Source: Dehalococcoidia bacterium (GTDB taxonomy: Bacteria; Chloroflexota; Dehalococcoidia; Lucifugimonadales; VXLM01). Taken from it: 64,000 nt of DNA. Under the pieces are notes generated by a model, which saw nothing but the letters and a program-made list of their open reading frames with translations, had not been told where the DNA came from and searched no databases. The stretch's first letter is position 1. Each line of letters begins with the position of its first letter. The position numbers and the translations under genes are program-made. The stretch lies in assembly GCA_963662435.1 (NCBI GenBank), contig OY759598.1:1644507-1708506 (forward strand), given 5' to 3'. Positions 9,626 through 21,737 of the stretch are shown here, one piece after another.

Positions 9626-12600
9626 CTCAAGACTCGGTTCGGTCCCCAGCGTTTCTACATCTGTGGTACCTGTCCCGGGATCCGACCAGGGACTCTTGCC
9701 CTCATGGTTCCTCGCAAGCACCTGAATCTCGTAGCTCGTCCCAGCCGCCAGGCCGGTGAGGGTGGTTTGGGTTTCACTGCCGGTGAAGGCATGATCACTC
9801 CACTGTCCCGTCCTCACTACCCTGTACCGCACGTCATAGTCGAAGATGGCCGGCTTGCCTCTCATATCAGGTGCCGTCCACGATACGTCCAACGCGGACG
9901 TGGGAGAGCTTGAGGATCTAGTCACCGTCGGAGCGGCGGGTCTGGCCGGGGGCTCCTTCACGTCAGTCACGCTGACGGTGAGGGACAGAGTATTCGTATG
10001 GCTATGTCCGTCATCCACGGTCACTGTGAGGGCGTCATAGGCACGTTTAGTCTCGAAGTCCAGGGGGGACTTGGTCCTCAGCTGGCCGGTGTCGCCGTCG
10101 ATGGTGAACACACCGGCATCGGCCCCGGTGAGCGTGTATGAGAGCGGATCGTTTTCCGCATCGGTCGCCGAGATGGGCGCGCCGATTTCCGTGCCCGTCG
10201 GCGTGTTCTCGGCCACTGAGCGGGCGGCGTCATCGCCCTCTATGAATTTCGGCAGCGCGTCGTCGTCCGCTATGGTCACCATTGCGGTCCGGCGGCCCAT
10301 CGAGACGTCATCGTCGGGCGATGAGACGACCACCTCGGTCAGCACTATCAAGAAGCTTTCCGGGTCCTCGTGCTCCTCGTCGTCGAGTATGTTTATCGTG
10401 ATGGTTGCCGTCGTCTGTCCGGGCTGGAAGGTCACTGTACCAGAGCTGGGTTCGTGTTCATGCACTACTACCTGGGACCGTGCCCCGCCCGAGGACCCCG
10501 ACGCCCCACCGGCCCCATTCGCGCCCGATCCGCCGGTCGACCACGAAACCGTGACTGTGGCGTCTACAGGCACCGAGAGACTGACCGGCAGACCAACCGT
10601 GGAACCCTCCCCCACCGGGTCGTCCGGCGTGTGGATGGAGACTGAGGCGGCAGTGGTGTCAACTCCGGAATCCGACCAGGGGCTGTCGCCCTCGTCGTTC
10701 CGCGCGAGCACCTGCACCTTGTAGGCCGTGCCCTCCGTCAGGCCGGAGATGGCAGTCTGCGTTCCCTTGCCCGTGAAGGCGTGGTCGGTCCACTCCGCGT
10801 CGCCCTGCGCCCGGTACCGCACGTCATAGTCGGTAACGGCAGGCTTGCCCGTCATGTCCGGCTCAGTCCACGCCACGTCCAACGCGGACGCTGGTGAGGA
10901 TGAGGATTGGGTCGCCGACGGGGCGTCCGGTTTGGCCGGGGGTTCGTCCACGTCGGTTACGCTGATAGTGACGGACTTGCTTTCTTCGGAGGTCTGGCCG
11001 CCGGTTATGCCCACCGTGACGTTGTATGACGCAGTCGACTCGTAGTCCAAGACGCCGCCCTCAGCCACGCTAATCTGCCCTGTGGCGCTGTCGATGGTGA
11101 ATTCGTCGGCACCGCTGATGGAGTAGACCTGCGTCTCGCCTTCGCCGACCTCGATGACCGTTGGAGGGCCAATGGTGTAGCCGGCTGGCGAGTTCTCGGC
11201 CACGCTGTAGGGCGAGACCGGAGTGGGCGTGGGTGTCAGTGTCGGCGATGAAAGATCGACGTTCACTGAGTACTGCTTCGCTGCCGTGTTGTCCCAACCA
11301 ACGAGATCCTGGAACACGTCTGCGGCGATGTCAACGGTCAATCGTCCACTGCTCGTCGGGGTGATATCCGCCTCGTAGTCCCACGCTCCCAACTGCCTGA
11401 AATCCGCGACCTCGCCGTTGACGACGGTCAAGTCCTCTGCCGTGAACCCCACGGCATCCTCGGTCAATTGAATGTGGATGCTAAAGGGCCCGGTCTGGGT
11501 CGACGTCGGGCCGCTGATCCGGTGCACCCGCGGTGGGTCCGGGTCGATGTATACACTCCAGAATCCGGTGATGCCTTTCCATGTGAACCATACCTGGTTT
11601 TCGAACGGCCAGGTGCCCCAGCGATACTTGTGGTATTTCGGTGTGAGGGTGAAGGTTGCGGTCGTTCCATTGAGACTCACTGGTATGGTCGTATCAATGT
11701 TGAGGCCCCGGGGATTGATTGTGTTACCAGGCTCGTGGGAGAACGTGGCCACAACATCATAGGGGTCTCCGCTCAGGAGCGGACCGGAGGGACCCGTGAG
11801 CTTTAGCCACAGATAGGTCGACTTCGCCGACGTTGCCGATGGCGGGCTCCCTACCCCGGTACCCGTCGTGGCCGCATTCGCCGCAATGGTAACTGTCACG
11901 TCGCCTTCTCCGACCGGCGTCACCGTGCTCGAGTAGACTGCTCCGCTGCCCGAGAGACTCCCCAGTGTGCCATTTTCAACGGTAATGTCGGACGCGTCGA
12001 ACCCGGTCACGTCTGACGAGAACCTAAAGGTCACGTCCATCGCCTGTAGGTCCTTGAACGTCGTCGGCAGGCGGATAGCGACCGAGGGAGCGGTCGGGGT
12101 CGTCGGCGGGGTCACAGACGGCGGGGTCACTGACGGCGGGCCGTGGAGGGCCGTGGAGGCTTCGCCCGGCTTCGACCAATCACCGACGCCTTCCACGTTA
12201 CTAGCCCGCACCCGGAATATGTATGTGGTGTCCTTCGTCAGGCCGGTGATCGTTGCAGATGTCTGCGTCCCAGTGAATGCGGGCTCCGTCCACTCGAGGT
12301 CGCCCTGCGCTCGGTACCGAACATCGTAGTCGGTAATGGCAGGCCTGCCCGTCACGTCAGGCGCCGTCCACGCCACGTCCAAGGTCGTATCGGGGTTAGA
12401 GGCGTTCCTGGTCACGGTCGGCGCGTCGGGCCGGGCCGGGGGCTCCTTCACGTCCAATACGTTGATGGTGATGGGAATCGAGAAGAGCGTGGTGTTTTTG
12501 CCGACTCTGTAATTCACCATCCCGCTGTAGGAGTCTGTAGTTTCGTAGTTGAGGCTCGCCCCAGCTTTTACACTGATCTGACGGCTCGCGTTGATAACGA

Positions 12601-15600
12601 AGGCGTCAGCCGCATCCCCGGTCAGGGAGTAGTTCAGCGTTACGCCGCTCATGGGATACCACGGCATCGGAGCGCCCACCGCAGTGCTCGTGGGGGAATT
12701 CTCCGCGATGCTACGAGTCTCGCCCTTTGAGGGGACATAGTAGATCGTGAACTTGGAAACATACCCGCCGTAGGGGTCCAGGGCGCCGTAAGTCATTTTG
12801 GAGGAGCCGGCGCCGTTTGGCCTCACCAGCAGTTTCGGTCCATTGATCGAGACGGTGATCACGTCGGAATCGGCGGCGGTGGCCGTGTAGGTAAACTTAG
12901 GCTTGTCGCCATCGGCGTCTTCGAAATGGATTTCGATGTCACGATTGATGGAGTGGCCCCACACAACCGTCGCGTAGGGGATATACGTGCCATTGGTATT
13001 CGGCGGGGTGTTAGTTCTGCCCGACCCGGTGTCCGACCAGGGGCCCTCGCCCCCGTCGTTGTTGACGGCGCGCACCTGCACCTCGTAGGTTGAGCTGGCT
13101 TGCAGGTTTGGGATGGTGAGGCTCGTCGTCGTCACCGTACCGCTGTACGCGGTCCATCCCGAGGTGCCCTTCTTGCGGTACTGCGCCTTGTAGCCGGTGA
13201 TGGTCAGGCCGGCAGCGGTCGGGGCAGTCCAGGAGACGTCCAGGGCCGGGTTCGAACGGTGGCTGAACTCGGTGCGGGTAAGTGTCAGCGTGCTCGGCTT
13301 CAATTCGGCGTCGCTGTAGCTGTCGTTGTCGATGATGGTAATGACGGCGCTGCCGACGGTCGAGGCCGTCCCCGACACGGTGATGGTCTCGTCTCTTTCC
13401 ACCAGAGCGTCGTCCACGCCTTTGAAGGTCAGAGTTATTGTTCCAGTGGATTCGTCTTCTCCGAACGAAATCGATCGCGCGCTGGTCACGGTATAGTCGG
13501 TAGTAAAGGTTGCCGTGCCCGCCAGCGTGAGGGTAATAGTGGCTTCTTCGTCGGAATCGTCGCTGTCCCGGGTCGCCGTAACCACAATATCGGCTGCGGT
13601 GTCGTCCTCGGCAAATGAGGTCGGGTTTACGCTCAGGGTGATGGGGGGTGGGTTTTCGTCGTCGATGATGGTAATGACGGCATTGCCGACGTTCAGCCCG
13701 GCGGCCGTCCCGGACACGGTGATGGTCTCGTCTCCTTCAACATCAGAGTCATCCACGCCGCTGAAAGACAGGGTCGTGGCCCCGCTGGTTGCGCTCGCCG
13801 CGATCGTAATTGATTGGGTGCCAGACACACTGTAGTCGGTACTACTGGCGGTCGTGTTCGCCAGTGCGAGGTTAACCGTGACCGCATCGGCGTCAGCGGC
13901 TGCGCGGGTGGCCGTAACCACAATGCCATTGTCATTCTCATCGTCCTCGTCAAATGAGCTCGGGTTTACGCTCAGGGTAATATCGGGTGTTGGCGTTCCG
14001 TCACTCGTCACTTTGATAGTGAGGCTAACGGTTGCTGCCAGGCCCTGCACCGTCCAGTTAACCTGCCCCGTGTAAGAGCTCTTGGTCGCAAGGTCCAGAG
14101 TGGCGCCTTGCTTCACGCTGATTTGACCGGTGGTGGAGTCGATAGAGAAGGCAGATGTGGCGTCTCCCGTCAGGGAGTAGCTCAGCGCCTGGCCCCCATA
14201 GGCCTGCCCCGTGACCGGAGCGCCAACCGCTGTGCCTCCGGCGGAGCCGTCGGCGACGCTGCGGGTGGCGGACGCGGTAGCGGTTACCTGCAGTGTAGCG
14301 TAGGCATAGCCGCCGTATGCGTCTCGTGCCTCGTAGGTAACCGTCGTCGTGCTGGGATTGTAAGCATTACCGGAGAGCGAGCCGTTGGATACGCCGGCCC
14401 AAAGTACGCCCTGGTGCTCTGCGGAGGCGGAATACGTCAAGGTGTCGCCGTCTGCGTCGGTGAACACCCCGGAGAGCGAATTTCCTATCGTGGTGGTTGT
14501 GCCAACGCCAATACTCGTCGAGTCAATGGCTTCGTCGATAACGATGGTGGGTGGCTGATTGGCCCTGCCCAATCCGGTGCCGGACCAGGGGCCATCGCCC
14601 CGGCCGCTGATGATAGCGCGCACCTGTACCTCATAGATGGCGCCGGCTTCCAGGTCCGACAGGGTGAGGCTGGTCGCCGTCGCGGACAGAGCGCCGCTGT
14701 ATGCCGTCCACGACGCATCTCCCTTCTTGCGGTACCGCGCCTTATACTCACTGATGTCATTGTTCGTCGGGGCCGTCCAACTGACGTCCAAGGCCGGGTT
14801 CGACGTCCAGCTGAACGACTTGCGGGTGAGCGACGGCGTGCCCGGTGCATATGCGGATGTGTCCTCGTTGTCCTTGAGGATAATGACGGTGCTGCCGATG
14901 GTCAGCCCGGTGGCCGTCCCCAATACGTTGATGGTCTCGTCGCCTTCCACAACCGTGTCGTCGTTCGCGGTGAAGCCCAGTTTCGCCGTCCCAGTTGTAC
15001 TTCCGTCAGCGATCGTCAACTTCGGGAAGGACCACGTGACGTAGTCCTTAGCATCGGTGGCGGTGCCTCCTGATGTCGACACGGTAAGTGTCACCGCGCC
15101 AGACGTGCCGGTGCGGGTCGCCGTAACCGTAATGCCGGCAGCGTAATCACTCTCGGTAAATGAGGACGGGCTCACGCTCAAGGTGATGTCAGGCGCCGGT
15201 GGTTCGTCATTGTCGGTGAGGGTGATCTCAGTGCCGCCAACTGTCAGATCGGTGGCCGTCCCCGACACGGTGATGGTCTCGTCTTCTTCCACGTCAGAGT
15301 CGTCGACGCCGGTGAAGGTCAGAGTCGTCGTCCCGCTGGTTTGACCCACGGCAATCGTAATCGACTGCGTGCCGCTCACGGTATAGTCGGTACCGGCGGC
15401 CGTGCCCGCAAGCGAAAGGGAAACCGTAACCGCATCGGTGGTATCGGCACCGCTGGCGCGGGTGGCCGTAACCGTAATATCGTCATTCTCAGCGTCCTCG
15501 GCAAATGAGGCCGGGCTCACGCTCAGGGCAATGTCCGACGACGGGGCTTCCGTGACATTGACCGTGAGGCCAACGGATACTGCAATCTCATCCACTTCGT

Positions 15601-16675
15601 AGCTCACCGTCCCCGAAACCGAGCCGACATTCAGCGATCCCCCGCTCGAGACGGTGATCTGACCGGTTGCCGAATTGATGTCGAAGTACGTATCTGCCGC
15701 CCCTGCCAGGGAATAGCTCAGTATCTCGCCGTTATAGGGGTTCCCGGTCACCGATCCCACCACCGTGCCCTCGGCCGCATTCTCCACGACGCTCAGGGTC
15801 CTGTTCCCGCTGATGGTGGTATCGACGGTGTAGGAGACTGTCCCGAAATAGTAGCCGTCATCGGCCGTAATGGTTAGCTGCGATGAGCCAGGATTGAGGT
15901 AGGACATGCTAAGGGTGGAGTCTGACACGCTGGCGCCTAGCAGGCCGGGGTTCTGGACAGAGACAGTGTAGGTCAGGTCATCGTCGTTATCGTCCGTGAA
16001 GATTTCATCGAGATCGAAGGTGGAGGTGCCTCCCCACGGTGCGGGATTCGGAGGGGTCACCGTGCCGGTGCGCCGCGGCGTCGAGTTTCCGGTAGTGGAA
16101 CGCTCCGTCCGCTGGTCCGGCTGCACGGTGATGGTAAAGGTGAACGAGGCCTCGTCGCCGTCCTCGTCGGTGGCGGTATAGGTCATCTCGAACTGGCCCG
16201 CCTCAGCAGGCGTGCCGGTAATGGCGCGGGTCGCCGCATCGAAAGACAGTCCCTCGGGCAAATCCGATGTCAGGCTGTACGTCAGGTCGCCATCGCCGCT
16301 CTCAGCCTCGGGCAGCGTGGTTCCGGCAATCTCCTCGCCTTCCGTTAGCGACAGGCCGCTGATCGCAAGGGAGAAAGACGGCGTCAGATTGGTTCCAGAC
16401 TGGACCTCAAACCGCGTTGCGGTATGCGAACCGCAGCCCGCGCTGCTGCACGCCTCCACGCGCACCACCCATTCGCCATAGTCGGCGACGGTGATGTTGG
16501 CGTTCGAGGACTGCACCTCCACACCGGTGTTCAGCGTGTTGCCCGGGCCAGCCACTCGCCAGCGGACCAGGTAGTGGCTCGCTCCGGTGACGTCGTACCA
16601 GTCCACCGACGAAGTCAGCGAGCCGGTAGTGGTGTCAGCCTGCAAGCCCGTGGGCTCAGCCGGTACGCTGACTAC

Positions 16676-16790
16676 CGGCTCAGGCTCGGGGGCAGGATCG
16701 GGTTCGGGAGTCGGCTCAGGCGTTGGTTCGGGTGTGGGTTCGGGAGTCGGCTCAGGTGTCGGCTCGGGAGTGGGCTTGGGTTTCGGGGCG
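16676..16790 (-). repeat. Second (PEPT)n linker in the adhesin
   Basis: [18 protein letters not shown]...PDPAPEPEP. Confidence 0.85.
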
Positions 16791-17019
16791 GACCACGTTA
16801 CGGTGGTCGTCGCTGAGGCCGAAGCTCCGGAGCCGTAAGTTACCGTGACCCGGAAGGCTTGAGATTCGGCCCTGCCGGTGAGATACGAGAAGGTGGGGCC
16901 CGACCCAAAAGAATGCCAGCTGCCGCCCAGATTCAGCTCCCAACTGTACGAAGGGCCGGAGCCAGAGGGGGCGTTGGCAATGTTTGCGCTCAGCGTCACC
17001 GCTTCTTCGACCAGTGGAC

Positions 17020-18230
17020 TAGTACCGTTTCTAGGTATATTTGACAAATATAAGAAATAGGTTAGTCTTGTGTATGATCCCATAAGGAGGACATACGAAG
17101 ACATGCCTGCTCTCCAGTACAAGGTGGAGTTGAATAAATCGGAACGGACACGTCTCAAAGAGATAGCGAGTCGTGGGGAGACTTCGGCCCGTAAGGTCAA
17201 GCGAGCGCTGGTGTTGCTTAAGGCAGACGAAGGTCTGATCGACCGTGACATCGCCAGCGGACTATTGATAAGCGCATCCACGGTGGGACGTGTGCGCACG
17301 CGGTTTGTGGAGGAGGGACTCGACAGCGCGCTCAATGAACGCACGCGACCGGGACAGAAGCGCAAGTTGGACGGCAGACAGGAAGCGCACCTTATAGCCG
17401 TCGCGTGCAGCGATGCACCCGAAGGACACGCGGACTGGACGCTGCAGCTCATTGCGGACAAGGCGGTGGCGATGGGGTTTGCCGAGAGCATCTCCCTCGA
17501 GACGGTGCGCCAGATACTCAAAAAAACGAACTCAAACCGTGGAAGAAGAAGGAGTGGTGCATCCCCGAGGTGAGCGGAGAGTTCGTGGCTCGGATGGAGG
17601 ATGTGTTGGACCTGTACCATCAAGACTACGACCCCGACCATCCCGTGGTCTGCTTCGACGAGACATCCAAGCAACTGGTGGCTGATAAGAGGCCCGCTAT
17701 CAGGGCCAAGCCGGGTCGGGTGGAACGATATGACTACGAGTACAAGCGAAACGGGACGCGAAACCTGTTCATGTTCTGTGAGCCGAAAGCCGGTTGGAGG
17801 CATGTCGAGGTGACCGAGCAACGCACTGCTGTGGACTTCGCACAGCAGATGAGGTGGCTGGTTGATGAGGCATACCCTCACACAGAGACGATACGGCTGG
17901 TGCTGGACAATCTCAACACTCACAAGCTGGGTTCGTTGTACGATGCCTTCGAGCCAGCCGAAGCGTGGCGCATCGCCAAGCGCCTGGAGTTCCATTACAC
18001 TCCGGTACACGGCAGTTGGCTGAACATGGCGGAGATAGAGTTGAGCGTCTTCAGTAATCAATGTCTCAACCGTCGAATCAGTGACGAGGCGGTACTGAAA
18101 CGAGAGGTCTCGGCGCTGGAACGTGAACGCAATGAGGCTGTCGCCATCATAGACTGGCGCTTCTCCACTCAGGACGCTCGGACTAAACTTCAACATATCT
18201 ATCCATCACATTCAGATTGAAGCGGTACTA
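17020..18230 (+). mobile_element. IS630 family insertion sequence
   Basis: Ends TAGTACCGTTTC / GAAGCGGTACTA, TA duplicated in a CTAG context, two overlapping transposase ORFs. Confidence 0.93.
17103..18220 (+). CDS. IS630 transposase (orfA HTH + orfB DDE, joined by a -1 frameshift)
   Basis: orfA HTH to 17573; slippery CAAAAAAAC at ~17519-17527; orfB has [30 protein letters not shown]. Confidence 0.9.
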
Positions 18231-18378
18231 GCAGGGCTCGCCGTGACGGAGACTTGCAACGGGAGAGTCGACCCTTGTGCTGCAGCCGACGGCGAGGAGA
18301 ACAGGACGGCGGCCAGCGCGGCCAGGACAAGTAGTAGAGTGATTGACGCCGTACGCTTAAGGCTGACCTTCAAGCTAA

Positions 18379-19572
18379 GGAACCTCTGAACAAGTCTATG
18401 TTCTAAGGCATAGTATCATGGGGGTCATCACGATAGCCGAGGAGAGATTCGATGGACCAGCCAACCTTCGCCGACTTGGAATACGAGGGCAAGAAGCGAA
18501 AGACTCGCAGGGAGAAGTTTCTTGAACGCATGGACGGTCTGATCCCTTGGGAAGAGTTGGAAGAGCGCATCCGACCGTTCTACCCCAAGGCTGGCCGTGG
18601 TCGGCGCCCCTATGAGTTGTCGACGATGCTTCGGATACATTGCGTGCAGTTGTTCTATAACCTGAGCGACCCCGGGATAGAAGACATGCTTTACGAGGTC
18701 GAGTCGGTGAGACGCTTCGTAGGTCTGAGGCTATCTGGGCCGTTGCCGGACGAGACGACGATCCTGAACTTCCGCCATCTGTTGGACAAGCACGAGTTGG
18801 GCACGGGCCTGATGGAGGAGATAAACCGTCATCTAGAGTCTCAGGGACTTCGTCTACAGGAGGGGACTATAGTGGACGCGAGCATCATCGCCGCGCCGTC
18901 GTCGACGAAGAATCGGAGTAAGGAGCGCGACCCTGAGATGCGCCAGACCAAGAAGGGTAACGAGTGGCACTTCGGTATGAAGTTGCATATCGGAGTGGAC
19001 TCTGAGACGGGAGTGGTGCATAGCGTGTCCACAACGCCGGCGAACGTGCATGACGTGACTGAAACGCCTCGGTTACTGCACGGTGGGGAGACACAAGTGT
19101 GGGGTGATGCGGGGTATCAGGGGGTGGACAAGAGGCCTGAGAATCGAGACTTGGAGGTGGAGTGGCAGGTGGCGATGAGGCCTGGTCAGCGTCGAAAACT
19201 GAAGGTTGGGAGCGATGATGCGGCGAGGGAGAAGCGCAAGGCATCAGTAAGGGCGAAGGTGGAGCATCCGTTCCTGTACGTCAAGAGGCGCTTTGGCTAC
19301 ACGAAGGTCCGCTACCGAGGGCTGGCCAAGAACACGCAGCGGCTGGCATTGCTGCTGGGGTTCGCCAACCTGATGAGAGCCGAGCGATACTTGGCAGTGT
19401 GAGTGACCTTGTATACGTGGGCCCAATCAGGGCTGACAGGGACGAAGATGTCCCGCCAGAGGCAAAAGCAGGACGAAATAACCCCACCTAAGCTCCAAGT
19501 AAAGGCTCAACATCTCCGAAAACGCCTACAATCAACTCAGCCCAACTCCACAGCTGGTTGTTCAGAGGTTCC
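18379..19572 (+). mobile_element. IS5 family insertion sequence (1194 bp)
   Basis: Perfect 15-bp terminal inverted repeat GGAACCTCTGAACAA / TTGTTCAGAGGTTCC; CTAA duplicated at 18375-18378 and 19573-19576. Confidence 0.96.
18452..19402 (+). CDS. IS5 family transposase
   Basis: PDETTILNFRHLL, IVDASII, WHFGMKLHIGVD, GDAGY, RAKVEHPF, VRYRGLAKN. Confidence 0.96.
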   Translation: MDQPTFADLEYEGKKRKTRREKFLERMDGLIPWEELEERIRPFYPKAGRGRRPYELSTMLRIHCVQLFYNLSDPGIEDMLYEVESVRRFVGLRLSGPLPDETTILNFRHLLDKHELGTGLMEEINRHLESQGLRLQEGTIVDASIIAAPSSTKNRSKERDPEMRQTKKGNEWHFGMKLHIGVDSETGVVHSVSTTPANVHDVTETPRLLHGGETQVWGDAGYQGVDKRPENRDLEVEWQVAMRPGQRRKLKVGSDDAAREKRKASVRAKVEHPFLYVKRRFGYTKVRYRGLAKNTQRLALLLGFANLMRAERYLAV

Positions 19573-19908
19573 CTAAGGTTGCTAGTGATCACGTTCATCT
19601 TTGGTTCCTCAATTCTTCGTGGAGTTGACCCGGTCCGCAGAGCCGCACGGAGGCAACAGGGGCGAGAAATCTAAACACAACCGCATACGGGTAAGGCAGG
19701 CGGGGGCTAGGGTGAAGCGCCGACTCTTGGGGGAGCGGGTCCAAAGGGCATGACGAGCGGAGCGCTTCCGCAATCCCCTTGCCCGAAAGGAGGAATCATG
19801 CGCGTTAGGCACCTTGTGGGCCGAACGCGTGGGGGGTAATATGAGTGAGGCTGCGGTTCCTGATGCGTAATCGAGGTGAGAGTCGGCCGCATCGGAGCCA
19901 CGCTGTGT

Positions 19909-19939
19909 GAGACCCGGCCCTTCGAAAGGGCCGGGTCTC
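19909..19939. terminator. Perfect 14-bp GC hairpin at the marR stop (terminator-like, no U-tract)
   Basis: GAGACCCGGCCCTT-CGA-AAGGGCCGGGTCTC. Confidence 0.55.
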
Positions 19940-20559
19940 TATAGACGCACGGCGTGAGATCTTCCATTCTTCTGTCCTTTCGCTTCTGATGCCGTATAGT
20001 GAAAAACGCCCGATCGAGCCACGTCATCGCGTTCACCCTGCGGCGACGATGGCGTAATGCCGTCTTCCAGGTTTGCCAGTATCTTGTGAGCGGTCGACTT
20101 GAAGGCGGTCCGCTCGTCATCGCTGACGCCATTCATAAGAAGGGCTTGGCTCGTCTTCATGCACTCGCCGAGCCGTTGGGCCAGGTGGCGCCCTTCCTCC
20201 GTCAAGCTCAGTCGAACCGTCCGCCGGTCTCTCGACAGGCGCTGCCTGCCGATAAGCTTCCTGTCCACCAGCTTGCTCACGAGTCGGCTCATCACCGATG
20301 CGTCCACGGGGAAGAGCCGCGACAGCTCCGTCACCGTACTTGCCTTTCCTCTGTGGCACCTGTCGAGAATCCTGTACTCCAAAGGTGAGAGCATGTACGG
20401 CGCGAGGCTCAATTCGGTCACCCTCGCATTCGCGGCGGTCAAGCCCGTTATCAAATGTCCGATGTCCTCATGTTCATCCGTCATCAGGCTGCTCCGACGC
20501 ATCGTCGCCTCTCTTGTCGATCTGCCAATTGGTTCTGTATTCATGCTCAAGTCCGTCAT
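19939..20559 (-). CDS. MarR family transcriptional regulator
   Basis: VDASVMSRLVSKLVDRKLI..DRRTVRLSLTEEG. Start may be 20502, which has a GAGG RBS. Confidence 0.9.
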   Translation of the reverse strand: MTDLSMNTEPIGRSTREATMRRSSLMTDEHEDIGHLITGLTAANARVTELSLAPYMLSPLEYRILDRCHRGKASTVTELSRLFPVDASVMSRLVSKLVDRKLIGRQRLSRDRRTVRLSLTEEGRHLAQRLGECMKTSQALLMNGVSDDERTAFKSTAHKILANLEDGITPSSPQGERDDVARSGVFHYTASEAKGQKNGRSHAVRL

Positions 20560-21211
20560 TTGTGGTATCTCGGTTTCAAGTACATCTGCCTTTGACGTTG
20601 TTGTGAGCTACAATACATGCAATACAAATCGTTGTCAAGAGAATAGTTGTAAATTGATATGTTATGGCACACAATACATGTCGACAGTATGATTGTCAAC
20701 AGCATCTTTTGTCAGAGGGTATATTGAAAACCTCAATCATATCGTCTATGAGCAGCCACGCCGGGCCTTCCACGCCAATCGGTGGGGATGGCACGGTTGC
20801 CTTACACGGACTGAAGATGCCGACCGGAGGTCGCGCAGCGAGTCGAGGTACATCCTTAAGAGGCGCGAGGGCAGAATCTATGGTGTCCATCAGTCATTCC
20901 CGTTCCTTGTTTGCGGATGATGGTACGGACCAATGGTTACCACCTGATTACGTACCTTACGGAGTTGTGAACGCTGGGTGCGCAGATGCGGTTCGGTCCG
21001 GTCTTCCTTACCTCGTGCGGCCTTCACGGCCAATGGTGAATCCGGCGCAAGGCAGGTCTGCACCCAAAGTACGGGGCGGGATAAAGAGGGCCGGCTAAAT
21101 GCGCCAATTCACACCACCCGCACATTCAGAGAAAAGAGACTCGAGCTCCCTATGGAGTCGATACTCTCAATGTTTTATACTACCCCCACTTCGCTCCCGC
21201 AGGCCTGAAGA

Positions 21212-21682
21212 ATGACAAACCCGGAAAAGCAACCGCAGCGCAGTCAAAGCAGCCTTGTAAATTTGGAAAGAAGCGTGGGGGGCCTGGTGAATGCGCTCAC
21301 CAAGGGAGTGACGAACGAAACGGCGCCGTACGGCCTCAACTCCGTGGAGTTCGATCTTCTGAGAACCTGCCTGGAAGAGCGGGAGTGCACGGCTACCGAC
21401 CTGGCGAAAGTGCTGCCTATCGACGCGTCCCGCATAAGTCGCATGGTGAACAGACTGGTTGACATGGACCTACTTGTCAGACGCCGTCTACGCAGTGATC
21501 GGCGCATCGTCATGCTGCGACTGTCTGACGAGGGCAAGGAATTGATCTCCATGCTGCACAGCCGCATACAGGAATATGAAGCGAAGCTCACGGATGGCGT
21601 TAGCGAGGAAGAGATAGACGTACTGGCGTCAGTCGCCTCCAAGATACTCGCCAACCACGAAGCGATGGAAGGGTCCTCTTAA
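21212..21682 (+). CDS. MarR family transcriptional regulator
   Basis: IDASRISRMVNRLVDMDLL..DRRIVMLRLSDEG. Confidence 0.92.
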   Translation: MTNPEKQPQRSQSSLVNLERSVGGLVNALTKGVTNETAPYGLNSVEFDLLRTCLEERECTATDLAKVLPIDASRISRMVNRLVDMDLLVRRRLRSDRRIVMLRLSDEGKELISMLHSRIQEYEAKLTDGVSEEEIDVLASVASKILANHEAMEGSS

Positions 21683-21737
21683 TCACAGAGGGATCATGTC
21701 CGTCACCGTAGCGCCACTCACCGCCCTGCTCGACTGG

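Larger units (their letters stand above)
8306..19598 (-). pseudogene. Giant surface adhesin (FN3, cadherin-like, Ig/He_PIG, Calx-beta-like repeats, PEPT linkers, C-terminal TM) interrupted by IS5 and IS630
   Basis: Removing both IS and one target copy each restores GAGGA-ATG(19598) MNVITSNLSLKVSLKRTASITLLLVLAALAAVLFSSPSAAAQG...[11 protein letters not shown] in frame: 8886 bp, 2961 aa. C-terminus is [21 protein letters not shown]. Confidence 0.9.

Noticed and set aside
9085..9913. Arg/Leu-rich and Gly/Ser-rich ORFs
   Set aside because: They are alternative frames of the PEPT coding repeat.
8306..18196. The 3296-aa ORF as a native protein
   Set aside because: Its first ~390 aa are the antisense of IS630; the native start is at 19598, beyond both IS.
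20688..20720. Possible att left flank (ATGATTGTCAA..TTTTGTCAGAG)
   Set aside because: Weak match with no core; better explained as a MarR promoter/operator.
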